A stretch of DNA of 58,902 nucleotides from Gemmatimonadota bacterium (GCA_036679605.1 JAZDCZ010000020.1:1-58902); one strand, 5' to 3'. Positions 1 to 10,335 are shown, counted from the first letter of the stretch. The notes: generated by a model not told the origin, from the sequence alone. Translations and numbers: made by a program.

Positions 1-109
1 ATTGTGTTAATCCCATAATTTACCGTAACGGGCGCTCCACAGACCGAAGCGGCACTGCCACTCCCAATCCCAGAACAGAAGACCTGACCCACTTATAGGA
101 GTAGACAAC

Positions 110-1375
110 ATGCGTCGGTTTACGCCCAAGAAGAACGCCAACTCTGGCAGAGTTCCCCCGGTATCCAGCTTGACGATGTCCAGCAGCCCGCCCTCTCCAA
201 TGCCGTACGCTCCTCGGGCTGATCACCACCGAGTCGCCAGAAACCATATAGCGATCTCCGCACTGCCGCGAAACGGCGGTGAACGGGAACCAGTGGGAAC
301 CGCAGTCGTCTACTGCGAAGCGAACTTCGGCGCCCTCGACGGCAAGACCGCGAACGGGCTCGTCCGTCACTCGGAAAGGTACGAGATCCTCTCGGTCATC
401 GACAGCGAGAAGGCTGGCCTCGATGCCGGGATGGTGCTCGATGAGGAGCCGAGCGGCGTCCCCATCTGTCGCGACCTCGCCGACGCATTGGGGTCCGCCG
501 GATGCGTACCCGACTACTTCATTTTCGGGATGGCGCCGGCGAGCGGTATGTTGTCGACACCCGAGCGCGGCATCGTGCTCGAGGCCATGGGTCTCGGGAT
601 GAACGTCGTGAACGGTCTCCATGAGTTCCTGAATGACGACCCCGAGTTTGCAGCGGCCGCCGCCGTCGCGAACGTGGAGATCCTCGACGTACGAAGACCT
701 CGGGCCAAGAAGGACCTACGGATGTTCAGCGGTCGCATCGCCGACGTCACCTGCCCACGTATCGCCGTGCTCGGTACCGACTGTGCCATCGGCAAGCGAA
801 CCACCGCCACCGTCCTGACCCGCGCCCTCAACGATCGAGGCGTGAAAGCGGTGATGATCAGCACCGGTCAGACCGGCTTGATCCAGGGGGCGCGCTACGG
901 CATCGCGGTCGATGCCGTTCCGTCGCAGTTTGGCGCGGGTGAGCTGGAATCAGAGATCGTCGAAGCGTTCGAAATCGAGAACCCCGACGTGATCATCATC
1001 GAAGGGCAGGCGGCGCTCAGTCACCCCGCCTTATCGACATCGTCCTTCATCATCCGAGGCAGCTGCCCGGACGGCGTTGTGCTGCAGCACGCACCTGCAA
1101 GGACCAATCGCTGCGACTTCGAACGAATGGTGATGCCCACGCCGGTAGCCGAGATCAATCTCATCGAGACCTTCGTCGACACGAAGGTCATCGGCCTCAC
1201 GATCAACCACGAGAACATGACCGACGCCGAGGTCACCGCAGCCATCACCTGGTATGAGCGCGAACTCGGCATCCCTGCTACGGATGCGCTGGCCCGGCCA
1301 TCCGAGCGGCTGGTGGACATGGTCCTTTCGGCGTTCCCGGAGATTCAGGAGAGACTGACCGCCGTCGCACTATGA
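110..1375 (+). CDS. DUF1611 family P-loop protein (DgcN-like); true start probably downstream of 110
   Basis: Motifs GKTANGLVRHS, GLHEFL, GTDCAIGKRTT, TGQTG and IEGQ typical of DUF1611; overlaps the next gene (ATGA). Confidence 0.85.
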   Translation: MRRFTPKKNANSGRVPPVSSLTMSSSPPSPMPYAPRADHHRVARNHIAISALPRNGGEREPVGTAVVYCEANFGALDGKTANGLVRHSERYEILSVIDSEKAGLDAGMVLDEEPSGVPICRDLADALGSAGCVPDYFIFGMAPASGMLSTPERGIVLEAMGLGMNVVNGLHEFLNDDPEFAAAAAVANVEILDVRRPRAKKDLRMFSGRIADVTCPRIAVLGTDCAIGKRTTATVLTRALNDRGVKAVMISTGQTGLIQGARYGIAVDAVPSQFGAGELESEIVEAFEIENPDVIIIEGQAALSHPALSTSSFIIRGSCPDGVVLQHAPARTNRCDFERMVMPTPVAEINLIETFVDTKVIGLTINHENMTDAEVTAAITWYERELGIPATDALARPSERLVDMVLSAFPEIQERLTAVAL

Positions 1376-2637
1376 CCACCGCGCCGCGGTTAGAGATCGA
1401 CCTCTACAAGATCCACCACAACGCCCGCACACTTGTCGAACGACTGGCCCATCGCGGCGTCTCGGTCACAGGCGTCACGAAGGCGACCCTCGGCTCATCC
1501 GCGATCGCCGGCGCGATGCTCCGCGCGGGAGTGAGCGCGCTCGGCGACTCCCGGATCGAGAACATCGAGACGATGCGTCGTGCGTGTGTACCGGCGTCGA
1601 TGACACTCATCCGATCTCCTATGCTCAGCACGGCGGACCGCGTGGTTACGTACGCCGACGTGAGCTTTAACACCGAGCTGGACGTTATCAACAGTCTCTC
1701 GTCTGCCGCGCAGAAGGTGAGGCGCTCGCACGGGATTGTGCTCATGATCGAGCTTGGAGATCTCCGCGAAGGCATCATGCCCGACGATCTCGCGGACACC
1801 GTGCGCGAGACTCTGCGATTCCCGAACATCGTGCTCAAAGGTATCGGTACCAACCTTGCCTGTCGTAGCGGCGTGTCACCCAGTGCCAGGAATATGGCTG
1901 AGCTGTCCGCGCTCGCAGACTCGATTGAGGCTGCATTCGACGTGACACTGGACATCGTATCAGGTGGGAACTCCGCCAACCTCCCGTGGGCACTCAGCGG
2001 CGCAGACACTGGCCGGATCAACAATCTCCGAGTGGGTGAGTCGATCTTGCTTGGTCGCGAGCCTCTCCATCGCAAACCGATCGACGGGCTGTACACCGAC
2101 GCCATCACGCTCATCGGCGAAGTGATCGAGTCAAAGGTCAAGCCGTCACAGCCGTGGGGCGAGATCGCTCAAACCGCTTTCGGAGAGATGCCACTCGCCA
2201 CCGAACGCCGCCTCATCTCGCAGACCATCCTGGCTCTTGGGAGACAGGATACCGATCCGGACGGTCTCACTCCACCCGCTGGGATCGAAGTTTTCGGGGC
2301 CAGCAGCGACCACCTTATCGTGGAGTCCGATCTCTCCCCCGGTGACGAGATCACGTTCCAGCTCAACTACAGCGCGCTGCTCCGCGCAATGACATCGCCA
2401 TTCGTTGCCAAGGTCGTGAAGGACAGAGCAGACACATTGCCGAGCGCTCAAGTCATGTCAACCACTGAATCCCCGTCCCCGACGGCCAACAATACGCTAT
2501 CAGGGACGACGCTGATGGTGCGTGCGAGACGGTCCTCAATTGGGAGCGCCCGATCGGAATCTCGGCGTGGCCGATGCGAATTTCGATACGGTCGATCCCA
2601 ACTTCGAAACGCCCGATCTGAATTTCGAAACGACTGA
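1372..2637 (+). CDS. PLP-dependent alanine/ornithine racemase family (fold III); C-terminus runs on into the repeat array
   Basis: VTGVTKA (PLP lysine), LGDSRIENI, ELGDLREG, SGGNS, LRVGE and ASSDH; family-like sequence ends near MTSPFVAKVV (about 2420), followed by a ~70 aa non-homologous tail. Confidence 0.85.
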   Translation: MTTAPRLEIDLYKIHHNARTLVERLAHRGVSVTGVTKATLGSSAIAGAMLRAGVSALGDSRIENIETMRRACVPASMTLIRSPMLSTADRVVTYADVSFNTELDVINSLSSAAQKVRRSHGIVLMIELGDLREGIMPDDLADTVRETLRFPNIVLKGIGTNLACRSGVSPSARNMAELSALADSIEAAFDVTLDIVSGGNSANLPWALSGADTGRINNLRVGESILLGREPLHRKPIDGLYTDAITLIGEVIESKVKPSQPWGEIAQTAFGEMPLATERRLISQTILALGRQDTDPDGLTPPAGIEVFGASSDHLIVESDLSPGDEITFQLNYSALLRAMTSPFVAKVVKDRADTLPSAQVMSTTESPSPTANNTLSGTTLMVRARRSSIGSARSESRRGRCEFRYGRSQLRNARSEFRND

Positions 2638-2842
2638 TCTGAGTTTCGAGACGCCCGATCTGAATTCCGAAACGCCCGATCCGAATTTCAAAACGACCGA
2701 TCTGAGTTTCAAGACAGCCGATCTGAATTTCGGCAAGGCCGATCTGAATTTCGGCAGGCCCGATCTGAATTTCGGCAGGCCCGATCTGAATTTCGGCAGG
2801 GCCGATCTGAATTTCGGCAAGGCCGATCGGAATTTCGAAACG
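2549..2842. repeat. 21-bp tandem repeat, 14 degenerate units (consensus about GCCGATCTGAATTTCGGCAAG / CCCGATCTGAATTTCGAAACG)
   Basis: Read directly; gives a 7-aa periodic ORF on both strands (xDLNFxx / KFRSxxx). Confidence 0.95.
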
Positions 2843-2868
2843 CCGTTCCGAAAATTCGCTCCAAACAC

Positions 2869-2897
2869 CCTAAGCTGTTGATTGACAAGCAGTTAGG
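2869..2897. other. Imperfect inverted repeat CCTAAGCTGTTG-ATTGA-CAAGCAGTTAGG, possible island-end recombinase site
   Basis: Dyad symmetry with bulges, at the junction between the repeat array and the defence cluster. Confidence 0.35.
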
Positions 2898-3066
2898 TGA
2901 TCCCACCGTGTCACCCTCCCACCGCGGACGCCACGCCGAGGGCGCCCGCCAAGCCCCGCTGGCAGCGCAATCCCAGAATCCACCTCAAAACCCATCGTGG
3001 GTTTCCTTCTTGTGGAATCTATTGTATGTTATATCCGCGGCAAATAAGTACAACTAAGGAGGGTAA

Positions 3067-3654
3067 GTGCCTGCTGCTGTGAGACCTAAGCTCAAGCCAG
3101 GAAAAGTCTACCGTACCAAGGATCTGGCGAAGTATGGTAAGAATTCGCCGCGGATGGCGAAACGTTTGGTAGCCGAGGGTCAACTGCAACCTCTGGCTCA
3201 CGGGCTCTTCGTGCATCCGGAAAGCAGTAAGTTTGGACCGGTGCCTCCCAGCAGAGAAGAACTCATGAGAGGTTATCTGAACGGCGGTCGATTTGTTTTC
3301 TCCGGACCCGAACAATGGAACGCGCTGAGTCTGGGTTCAACGGCGTTGTTCGCCTCTCAACTTGTCTACAACGAGACTCGTAGTGGCGAGGTCGAATTGG
3401 GCGGACGACATTTCACACTCAGGCGTGTAGCGTTTCCTGACGCCTGTTCAGCAGAGTACTTTGCTGTTGACCTGCTGAAGAATCATCGGAAAGCTGGTGT
3501 CTCGCTCCGACAGGTCGAGACTGAACTCAGCCGGGCTATTCTTGAGGGACGGCTTAATCCTTCGAAGTTGAAGCGTAACGCAAAGTGCTACGGTACCAAA
3601 TCCACAGAGACCGTTGTTGAGAGGGCAATTGCAGCCGCTGTGAGAACCGAGTGA
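3067..3654 (+). CDS. AbiEi-like type IV TA antitoxin (N-terminal wHTH)
   Basis: PGKVYRTKDL...LVAEGQLQPLAHGLF wHTH; SGPEQWNALSLGST; coupled (GTGA) to an AbiEii-like remnant. Confidence 0.7.
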   Translation: MPAAVRPKLKPGKVYRTKDLAKYGKNSPRMAKRLVAEGQLQPLAHGLFVHPESSKFGPVPPSREELMRGYLNGGRFVFSGPEQWNALSLGSTALFASQLVYNETRSGEVELGGRHFTLRRVAFPDACSAEYFAVDLLKNHRKAGVSLRQVETELSRAILEGRLNPSKLKRNAKCYGTKSTETVVERAIAAAVRTE

Positions 3655-3977
3655 GTTCGCTTTTCCTACACGAGGACTCGGAGTTTGAACCGCTTATCCG
3701 TCACTACGAAGATCTAGCACATCTGATTGCCAGTGTGGACGAGTTTCCACCTCTCAATGGTGAGACGAGGCAAGAAGTGATCGCGAACTGTTTGAGAGGG
3801 CAAGAGATCCATCCAGATGATCCTGCTTTTGCGCTCGACGATCCGGATCGGCGCTCTGAACTACAGGCTGCCCATCGTGACATTGAATTGATGTTTTGGG
3901 GAACTCGGGTTCCGCTAGAGGATTGCTGCCGGCGAATTGCGAAATGGCTGACCGAGAATCCGATTTGTCACAACTGA
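3651..3977 (+). pseudogene. AbiEii-like nucleotidyltransferase toxin with in-frame internal deletion
   Basis: N-terminal FLHEDSEFEPLIR fused directly to the C-terminal RHYED motif; the GGT-type catalytic core is absent; only 108 aa. Confidence 0.65.
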
Positions 3978-3992
3978 GCATACTCTCCCACG

Positions 3993-4039
3993 CTTGATCG
4001 AGTGGGAGCGGAGCCTGCCAGGGAGTTGAATCAAGGCCA
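3993..4039 (+). pseudogene. 3' end remnant of a Ser/Thr kinase-TPR gene (LIEWERSLPGS*)
   Basis: 41/47 nt identical to 21009-21055, the stop region of the kinase at 18781-21045. Confidence 0.85.
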
Positions 4040-4235
4040 TCCGCGTACCTTCTGCCAGGCTCTATGTAGCTGCTTCTCGCTCGCTCGTCGTCCCTGATCG
4101 TCAATGTGGCAGCCCCCCTCGCATTGTCACAGTCTTTCCCTAAGTTTCCCACGCGATGTGTGGTCTAATCCCCAGCAATAGCGCCGTACGCGGCAAAGAG
4201 CGTAGAATCGTGAGAACGCTGGCCCAGAGAGCTTC

Positions 4236-7085
4236 GTGAAACCCGAGGACGAAGCCCGCGAGGAAATCGATCGCCAGCTCGAGGAATCGGGCTGGATTGT
4301 CCAGAGCCGCGATGAGATCAACCTCTCGTCCGGTCAGGGCGTGGCGATCCGCGAGTTCAAGCTCAGGCCGGATCACGGTTTTGCCGACTATCTGCTGTTC
4401 GTAGACGCTCAGGCGGTGGGCGTGCTCGAAGCCAAGAAGGTGGGCTACCCGTTGGGAAGCGTGGAGCTGCAGGTTGAGAAGTACTCGGCGGGCCTTCCGG
4501 ACCAGCTCGACGCACCGCTTACGCCGCTGCCGTTCTGTTACCTGTCCACCGGCGCGGTCACCAAGTTCTCGAACAATCTCGACCCGCACCCCAGAAGCCG
4601 CCGCATCTTCCAGTTCCACCGGCCGGAGACGCTGGCGGAGTGGCTGCGAGTTGAGACCCTGGAACAATGGGTGAAGGGTCTGCATCCCAAAGGCGGCTTC
4701 TACACTGCAGCGGACGACACCAAGCCCTCGACACTCCGGTCTCGCGTCCAGACCTTACCGCCGCTGGAGTGGTCGTTTCTGTTTCCCAATCAACTGCGGG
4801 CGGTGACCAATCTGGAGCGCTCGTTCAAGCACGACAAACCCCGTGCGCTGATCCAGATGGCGACAGGTTCGGGCAAGACCATCATGGCCATCACGGCTGC
4901 GTACCGGCTCATCAAGTTTGCCGGCGCGCGGCGGGTGCTGTTTCTGGTAGACCGAGGCAACCTGGGCGAACAGGCCGAGAAGGAGTTCGCCAATTTCCGC
5001 ACGCCGGACGACAACCGCAAATTCACCGAGCTATACAACGTGCAACGGCTCACGTCCAACACGATCGGGGCGTCGAGCAAGGTCGTGATCTCCACGATCC
5101 AACGGCTCTACGCGATGCTCCAGGGCGAGCCGGAGTTCGACCCAGCGGGTGAGGAAACGTCGCTCTTTGAAGTGGAACAAGCGCTCCCCAAGGAGCCGCT
5201 ACCGGTTGTCTACAACAAGGCGATCCCGCCCGAGTACTTCGATGTCATAGTCATCGACGAATGCCACCGTTCGATCTACACGCTATGGCGGCAGGTGCTG
5301 GAGTACTTCGATGCGTACCTGGTCGGCCTGACCGCCACGCCCGCCAAGCACACGTTCGGCTTCTTCGAGCAGAACCTGGTGATGGAGTACGGCCACGAAG
5401 AGGCGGTGGCCGACGGTGTGAACGTCGATTTCGAGATCTATCGCATTCGCACCAGGATCACGGCGCAAGGTTCTACGGTCGAGGCGGGTGATGGAACGAT
5501 GATTGGCCTGCGCAACAGAGCAACTCGGCAAGTGCGTTGGGAACAGCCCGACGAAGACGTCACTTACGAGGCGGGGGAACTCGACCGAAACGTGGTCGCC
5601 AAGGACCAAATCAGGACCATCATCAAGACGTTCAAGCAGAAGCTCCCGACGGAGATTTTCCCTGGTCGTAAGGAAGTGCCGAAGACCTTGATCTTCGCGA
5701 AGGACGACTCGCACGCGGAGGACATCGTGGAGATCGTGCGGAAGGAGTTCGGCAAGGGCAACGAGTTCTGCCAGAAGATCACTTACAAAGCGACCACTAA
5801 GAAACCAGCCGACCTGATTCAGGACTTCCGCAACAGCTACCACCCGCGCATCGCTGTCACGGTGGACATGATCGCGACGGGTACGGACATCAAACCCATC
5901 GAGGTGGTGATGTTCATGCGTTCGGTGAAGAGCCGAGTGATGTTCGAGCAGATGAAGGGCAGGGGTGTCAGGATCATCGACAGGAACGACTTGAAGGCCG
6001 TGACCCCCGACGCCGCGACCAAGACGCACTTTGTGATCGTGGATTGCGTGGACCTGGCCGAGACGAAGCTGGCCGATACTCAGCCGCTCGAACGGAAGAA
6101 GAGTGTTGCATTCAAGGGCCTGCTGGAACACATCGCGTTGGGCGGGACCGACTCCGACTACCTGTCATCGCTGGCGAGCCGTCTTGCACGTCTGGACAAA
6201 CAGTGTGGAGAGAAGGAGAAGGCAAAGATCGCCGAGGTGTCGGACGGCGTAGACATCGGGACCATCAGCCACCGGATAGTGGTGGCGCTCGACCCCGACG
6301 AGCAGATCGCGAGGGCTCGCGTTGACAACGGGCTGCCGGCTGATGTAGAGCCCACGCCGGAACAGGTAGATGCGGCGGCTAAGACATTGCTCACGGCAGC
6401 CGTGGAGCCGCTGGCTACCAAGCCTAAGTTTCGGAATCTGTTGGTAGAGGTGAAGCGATCGTTGGAGCAGGTGATCGACGAAGTCAGCGTTGATGAGGTG
6501 ACCGAGGCCGGCTACTCCGACGAGGCGAAGGAGAAAGCGAGAACGTTGGTCCAGCACTTCGAGCAGTTCCTAGAAGAGAACAAGACCGAGATAGACGCCT
6601 TGCAGTTCTTCTACTCACAGCCGTACACCGAGCGGCTGCACTTCAAGGACATCAAGGCTCTGCATGAGGCCATCAACGCGCCGCCGCGCTCGTGGACTCC
6701 CGAGCGGTTGTGGGCAGCGTACCGGACCATCGAGCAGAACAGGGTACGGGGCGCGAGCGCCGAGCGGAGGCTGACGGACATCGTTTCGTTGGTTCGTTTC
6801 GCGCTCGAGCAGGAGAACGAACTCGTTCCTTACGCCGAGCAGGTAGAGAACCGATTCGACAACTGGATGGTGCAGCAGGAGAACAAGGGTCACAAGTTCA
6901 CTGCGGTGCAGAAGCAATGGTTGGAGATGATTCGAGACCATGTTGCTCAGAGCCTGGAGATCGTCATCGACGACTTCAGCTTGACGCCGTTTGTCGAGGA
7001 AGGCGGGTTGGGCAAGGCGGTGCAGGTGTTCGGCGAGGAGCTTCGGCCGCTGATCGAAGAACTCAATGAGGTGTTGGCGGCATGA
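4236..7085 (+). CDS. hsdR: Type I restriction-modification endonuclease subunit R
   Basis: ADYLL...VLEAKK nuclease motif, MATGSGKT, DECH, GLTATP, TGTD and QMKGRG; EcoEI-type C-terminus. Confidence 0.95.
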   Translation: MKPEDEAREEIDRQLEESGWIVQSRDEINLSSGQGVAIREFKLRPDHGFADYLLFVDAQAVGVLEAKKVGYPLGSVELQVEKYSAGLPDQLDAPLTPLPFCYLSTGAVTKFSNNLDPHPRSRRIFQFHRPETLAEWLRVETLEQWVKGLHPKGGFYTAADDTKPSTLRSRVQTLPPLEWSFLFPNQLRAVTNLERSFKHDKPRALIQMATGSGKTIMAITAAYRLIKFAGARRVLFLVDRGNLGEQAEKEFANFRTPDDNRKFTELYNVQRLTSNTIGASSKVVISTIQRLYAMLQGEPEFDPAGEETSLFEVEQALPKEPLPVVYNKAIPPEYFDVIVIDECHRSIYTLWRQVLEYFDAYLVGLTATPAKHTFGFFEQNLVMEYGHEEAVADGVNVDFEIYRIRTRITAQGSTVEAGDGTMIGLRNRATRQVRWEQPDEDVTYEAGELDRNVVAKDQIRTIIKTFKQKLPTEIFPGRKEVPKTLIFAKDDSHAEDIVEIVRKEFGKGNEFCQKITYKATTKKPADLIQDFRNSYHPRIAVTVDMIATGTDIKPIEVVMFMRSVKSRVMFEQMKGRGVRIIDRNDLKAVTPDAATKTHFVIVDCVDLAETKLADTQPLERKKSVAFKGLLEHIALGGTDSDYLSSLASRLARLDKQCGEKEKAKIAEVSDGVDIGTISHRIVVALDPDEQIARARVDNGLPADVEPTPEQVDAAAKTLLTAAVEPLATKPKFRNLLVEVKRSLEQVIDEVSVDEVTEAGYSDEAKEKARTLVQHFEQFLEENKTEIDALQFFYSQPYTERLHFKDIKALHEAINAPPRSWTPERLWAAYRTIEQNRVRGASAERRLTDIVSLVRFALEQENELVPYAEQVENRFDNWMVQQENKGHKFTAVQKQWLEMIRDHVAQSLEIVIDDFSLTPFVEEGGLGKAVQVFGEELRPLIEELNEVLAA

Positions 7086-8698
7086 GCGTTCTTGGTGCTG
7101 CCCCGATGCCAGCTTCGTGGCAGCTAACAACGCTGGGAGATATCCGAGTTGATTTGTCTACGAGCCTCGATCCTCGGAAGACGCCGAACACGCAGTATGA
7201 GCTCTACAGCATTCCCAGTTTCCCAACGGGACGACCCGAGATTGTACTCGGCGCTGACGTTGGCTCTACGAAGAAGACCCTGGAGCCCGGTGCCGTCATA
7301 GTCTCCAAGATCAACCCACGTATCAACAGAGTTTGGGTTGTTGGAAATCACACGGATTCGACAAAAATCGGTTCGAGTGAATGGATTCCGTTTTTTCCGG
7401 TGTCTGGGATTCTGTCGCCGTTTCTTGCCTATTACCTGCGACGGGATCACTTCAGGAATTTCCTAGCATCGAGGGTATCGGGTGTGGGGGGCTCACTCAT
7501 GCGAGTCCGACCTGAAACACTCACGCCATATCCGTTTCCGGTGATCCCACTCCCCGAACAACACCGCATCGTCGAGGCCATTGAGTCATACCTTACTCGG
7601 TTGGATGATGTGGTCGCTACGCTGGAGCGCGTGCAGCAGAACCTGAAACGGTATCGGGCATCGGTGTTGAAGGCAGCGGTCGAAGGGAGGCTGGTGCCCA
7701 CCGAGGCCGAGCTGGCTCGGCGGGAAGGTCGAGACTACGAGCCGGCGAGCGTACTGTTGGAGCGCATCCTGGTAGAACGCCGCCGCCGGTGGATCGAAGA
7801 TGCCGCCGAGAAGGGTCGGGCGAAGGCCGAGGAGAAGGCCAAGAAGGCCGGGACGTCTTGGACCAAGAAAAACAACACCGAGACTTTGGAGAGAGAGCGA
7901 GCCAAGGCTGTCAAGAAGTACAAGGAACCCGCCGCGCCCGACACAGCCGATTTACCTGAGCTTCCCGAGGGGTGGTGTTGGGTGCAACTAGACCAGCTTC
8001 TTTTCCTCATTGAAGGTGGAAATGCCACGACCGCCCAAGACGAGCCCACAGAACGTAGAGTGTTACGATCAAGTGCGGTGAGGCAGGGGAGGATAGATTT
8101 CGATGATTCACGCTACCTAGCGATGACGGCGGCTAGAAAGGCCACGGCCTGCCTCGAAGAAGGCGACCTCCTGTTCACGCGACTAAGCGGTTCATTGGAA
8201 TACGTCGGCAACTGTGCTCAAGTACCCCCTTTGGCTGGCAAGATGATCGAGTTTCCCGATCGAATATTCCGTGGCCGTGTGGTGCCGGACCTCAGCGGCA
8301 GGTTTATTGAACACTGTTTCGCCGTCCGGGCACTACGAACCCAGTTGGAAGAAGCAGCCAAGTCGGCCGCTGGACATCAGCGCATTGGACTGGATGATCT
8401 CCGCAAGTACAGAATTCCCCTCCCACCGAAGGCCGAACAGCAGCGTATTTCAAACGATGTCGAGAAATCGTTATCCGTCATCGACACGGTTGAGCGGGAA
8501 GTTGGGCTTCAACGGAAGCGATCCTCTCGGCTGCGCCAATCCATCCTCAAGTGGGCCTTCGAGGGCAAGCTCGTCGACCAGGACCCCGATGACGAACCCG
8601 CATCGATCCTGCTAGAACGCATCAGGACAGAGAGAGCGAAGATGGAAGACGCCAAGAAAGGGGCGAGCAAACGCGGTCGCAGAAGGAGGGCAAGTTGA
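7082..8698 (+). CDS. hsdS: Type I RM specificity subunit S (two TRDs)
   Basis: PLPEQHRIVEAIES and PLPPKAEQQRI conserved regions, SVLKAAVEGRL / SILKWAFEGKL, LPELPEGWCW. Confidence 0.93.
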   Translation: MSVLGAAPMPASWQLTTLGDIRVDLSTSLDPRKTPNTQYELYSIPSFPTGRPEIVLGADVGSTKKTLEPGAVIVSKINPRINRVWVVGNHTDSTKIGSSEWIPFFPVSGILSPFLAYYLRRDHFRNFLASRVSGVGGSLMRVRPETLTPYPFPVIPLPEQHRIVEAIESYLTRLDDVVATLERVQQNLKRYRASVLKAAVEGRLVPTEAELARREGRDYEPASVLLERILVERRRRWIEDAAEKGRAKAEEKAKKAGTSWTKKNNTETLERERAKAVKKYKEPAAPDTADLPELPEGWCWVQLDQLLFLIEGGNATTAQDEPTERRVLRSSAVRQGRIDFDDSRYLAMTAARKATACLEEGDLLFTRLSGSLEYVGNCAQVPPLAGKMIEFPDRIFRGRVVPDLSGRFIEHCFAVRALRTQLEEAAKSAAGHQRIGLDDLRKYRIPLPPKAEQQRISNDVEKSLSVIDTVEREVGLQRKRSSRLRQSILKWAFEGKLVDQDPDDEPASILLERIRTERAKMEDAKKGASKRGRRRRAS

Positions 8699-10209
8699 GC
8701 GAGCATAGCGATCGTCTGGTGAAGAAACTCTGGTCCTATTGCAACGTTCTGCGCGATGACGGCTTGTCCTACCAGGACTACCTGGAGCAGTTGACGTTCC
8801 TCCTGTTCCTCAAGATGTCGGAAGAGCGTGAGGCGCTGACGGGTGGCGAGCAGCCCGTGCCTAAGGGCTACCGTTGGAGCGATCTCTCGGCGCCGCACAT
8901 GGAGGGCGCCAAACTCGAAGAGCACTACCGCAACACTCTGCGGCACCTGGGGCAGCAGGGCGGGATGCTCGGCCTCATCTTCCGCAAGTCGCAGAACAAG
9001 ATCCAGGACCCCGCGAAACTGCGGCAGTTGATCGTGGAACTGATAAGCAAAGAGACATGGCTCAGCATGACTGCCGATGTGAAGGGCGACGCCTACGAGG
9101 GACTGTTGGAACGAAACGCCCAGGACATCAAGTCCGGCGCGGGGCAGTACTTTACGCCCAGGAGCATCATCGACGCCATCATCGACTGTATCCAGCCCGC
9201 ACCAGATGAGGTGATTTGCGATCCGGCCTGCGGCACGGGAGGTTTTCTGCTCTCGGCCCACAACTACATCGCCAACCATTACGAACTCGACAGAGACCAG
9301 AAGAAACACCTGCGCTACGACGCCATCCGTGGTGTGGAGCTTGTGGACGGCGTGTCCCGTCTATGCGCCATGAACCTGTTTCTCCACGGCGTAGGTCCGG
9401 CAGACGATGAACGAGAGCCGCCCGTAAGAACCGACGATAGCCTGCGGAACGAGCCGAGCACGCACTACCCAGTCGTCACCACCAATCCACCGTTCGGCAA
9501 GAAAAGCAGCATCACCGTGGTTAACGAGGAGGGCGAGACCGACAAGCACGCGGTCACGTATAACCGCCCCGACTTCTGGACCACAACGAGCAACAAGCAG
9601 TTGAACTTCGTGCAACACATCAAGAGCTTGCTTACCATCCACGGGCGGGCAGCGGTGGTCGTTCCCGACAATGTATTGTTCGAGGGTGGAGCAGGCGAGA
9701 CCGTGCGCCGGAAGTTGATGCACGAGTGTGATGTCCACACCATTTTGCGACTACCGACCGGAATCTTCTACGCTCAAGGAGTAAAGGCGAACGTCATCTT
9801 CTTTGACCGCAAGCCCGCGAGCGAGAAGCCATGGACCAAGCAGATCTGGTTCTACGATCTAAGAACCAACAAGCACTTCACCTTGAAGACGAGCCGCATG
9901 ACTCGGCGCGATCTCGACGAGTTCGTAGAGTGCTACCGGCCCGGTGACCGGCACAACCGCAAGCCTACCTGGTCCGAGCAGAACCCAGATGGCCGCTGGC
10001 GGTCGTACAGCCACGACGAGATCGTCAACCGTGACAAGGCGAGTCTCGACATCTTCTGGCTACGAGACGAAAGTCTGGAAGACTCCGCCAACCTGCCCGA
10101 CCCGCACATTCTGGCAGGAGAGATCGCCGAGGATCTGGAGTCGGCGCTCGAGCAGATCAAGGATATTTTGGGGGATTTGGAGGGGCGGGTTGGGGTTGAC
10201 GAGGTTTGA
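8695..10209 (+). CDS. hsdM: Type I RM N6-adenine methyltransferase subunit M
   Basis: GAGQYFTPR, DPACGTGGF (SAM binding), NPPF catalytic motif, LRLPTGIFY. Confidence 0.95.
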   Translation: MSEHSDRLVKKLWSYCNVLRDDGLSYQDYLEQLTFLLFLKMSEEREALTGGEQPVPKGYRWSDLSAPHMEGAKLEEHYRNTLRHLGQQGGMLGLIFRKSQNKIQDPAKLRQLIVELISKETWLSMTADVKGDAYEGLLERNAQDIKSGAGQYFTPRSIIDAIIDCIQPAPDEVICDPACGTGGFLLSAHNYIANHYELDRDQKKHLRYDAIRGVELVDGVSRLCAMNLFLHGVGPADDEREPPVRTDDSLRNEPSTHYPVVTTNPPFGKKSSITVVNEEGETDKHAVTYNRPDFWTTTSNKQLNFVQHIKSLLTIHGRAAVVVPDNVLFEGGAGETVRRKLMHECDVHTILRLPTGIFYAQGVKANVIFFDRKPASEKPWTKQIWFYDLRTNKHFTLKTSRMTRRDLDEFVECYRPGDRHNRKPTWSEQNPDGRWRSYSHDEIVNRDKASLDIFWLRDESLEDSANLPDPHILAGEIAEDLESALEQIKDILGDLEGRVGVDEV

Positions 10210-10335
10210 TGGGTGCTTTGGCTGTGGCTGACAGCGTACTTGGAGGTTGATCGTGGCTAGTGTCGCGGCATTGTCAGAACACCGATCTTGTCGTTTGCAC
10301 TTCGGATCTGGCGGTCATAATCGAGGGGGCAAAGG

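Noticed and set aside
2549..2842. CRISPR array
   Set aside because: Units are contiguous with no unique spacers, and there are no cas genes
2522..2881. Repeat-encoded proteins on either strand
   Set aside because: Openness follows from a stop-free 21-bp unit; no RBS or family support
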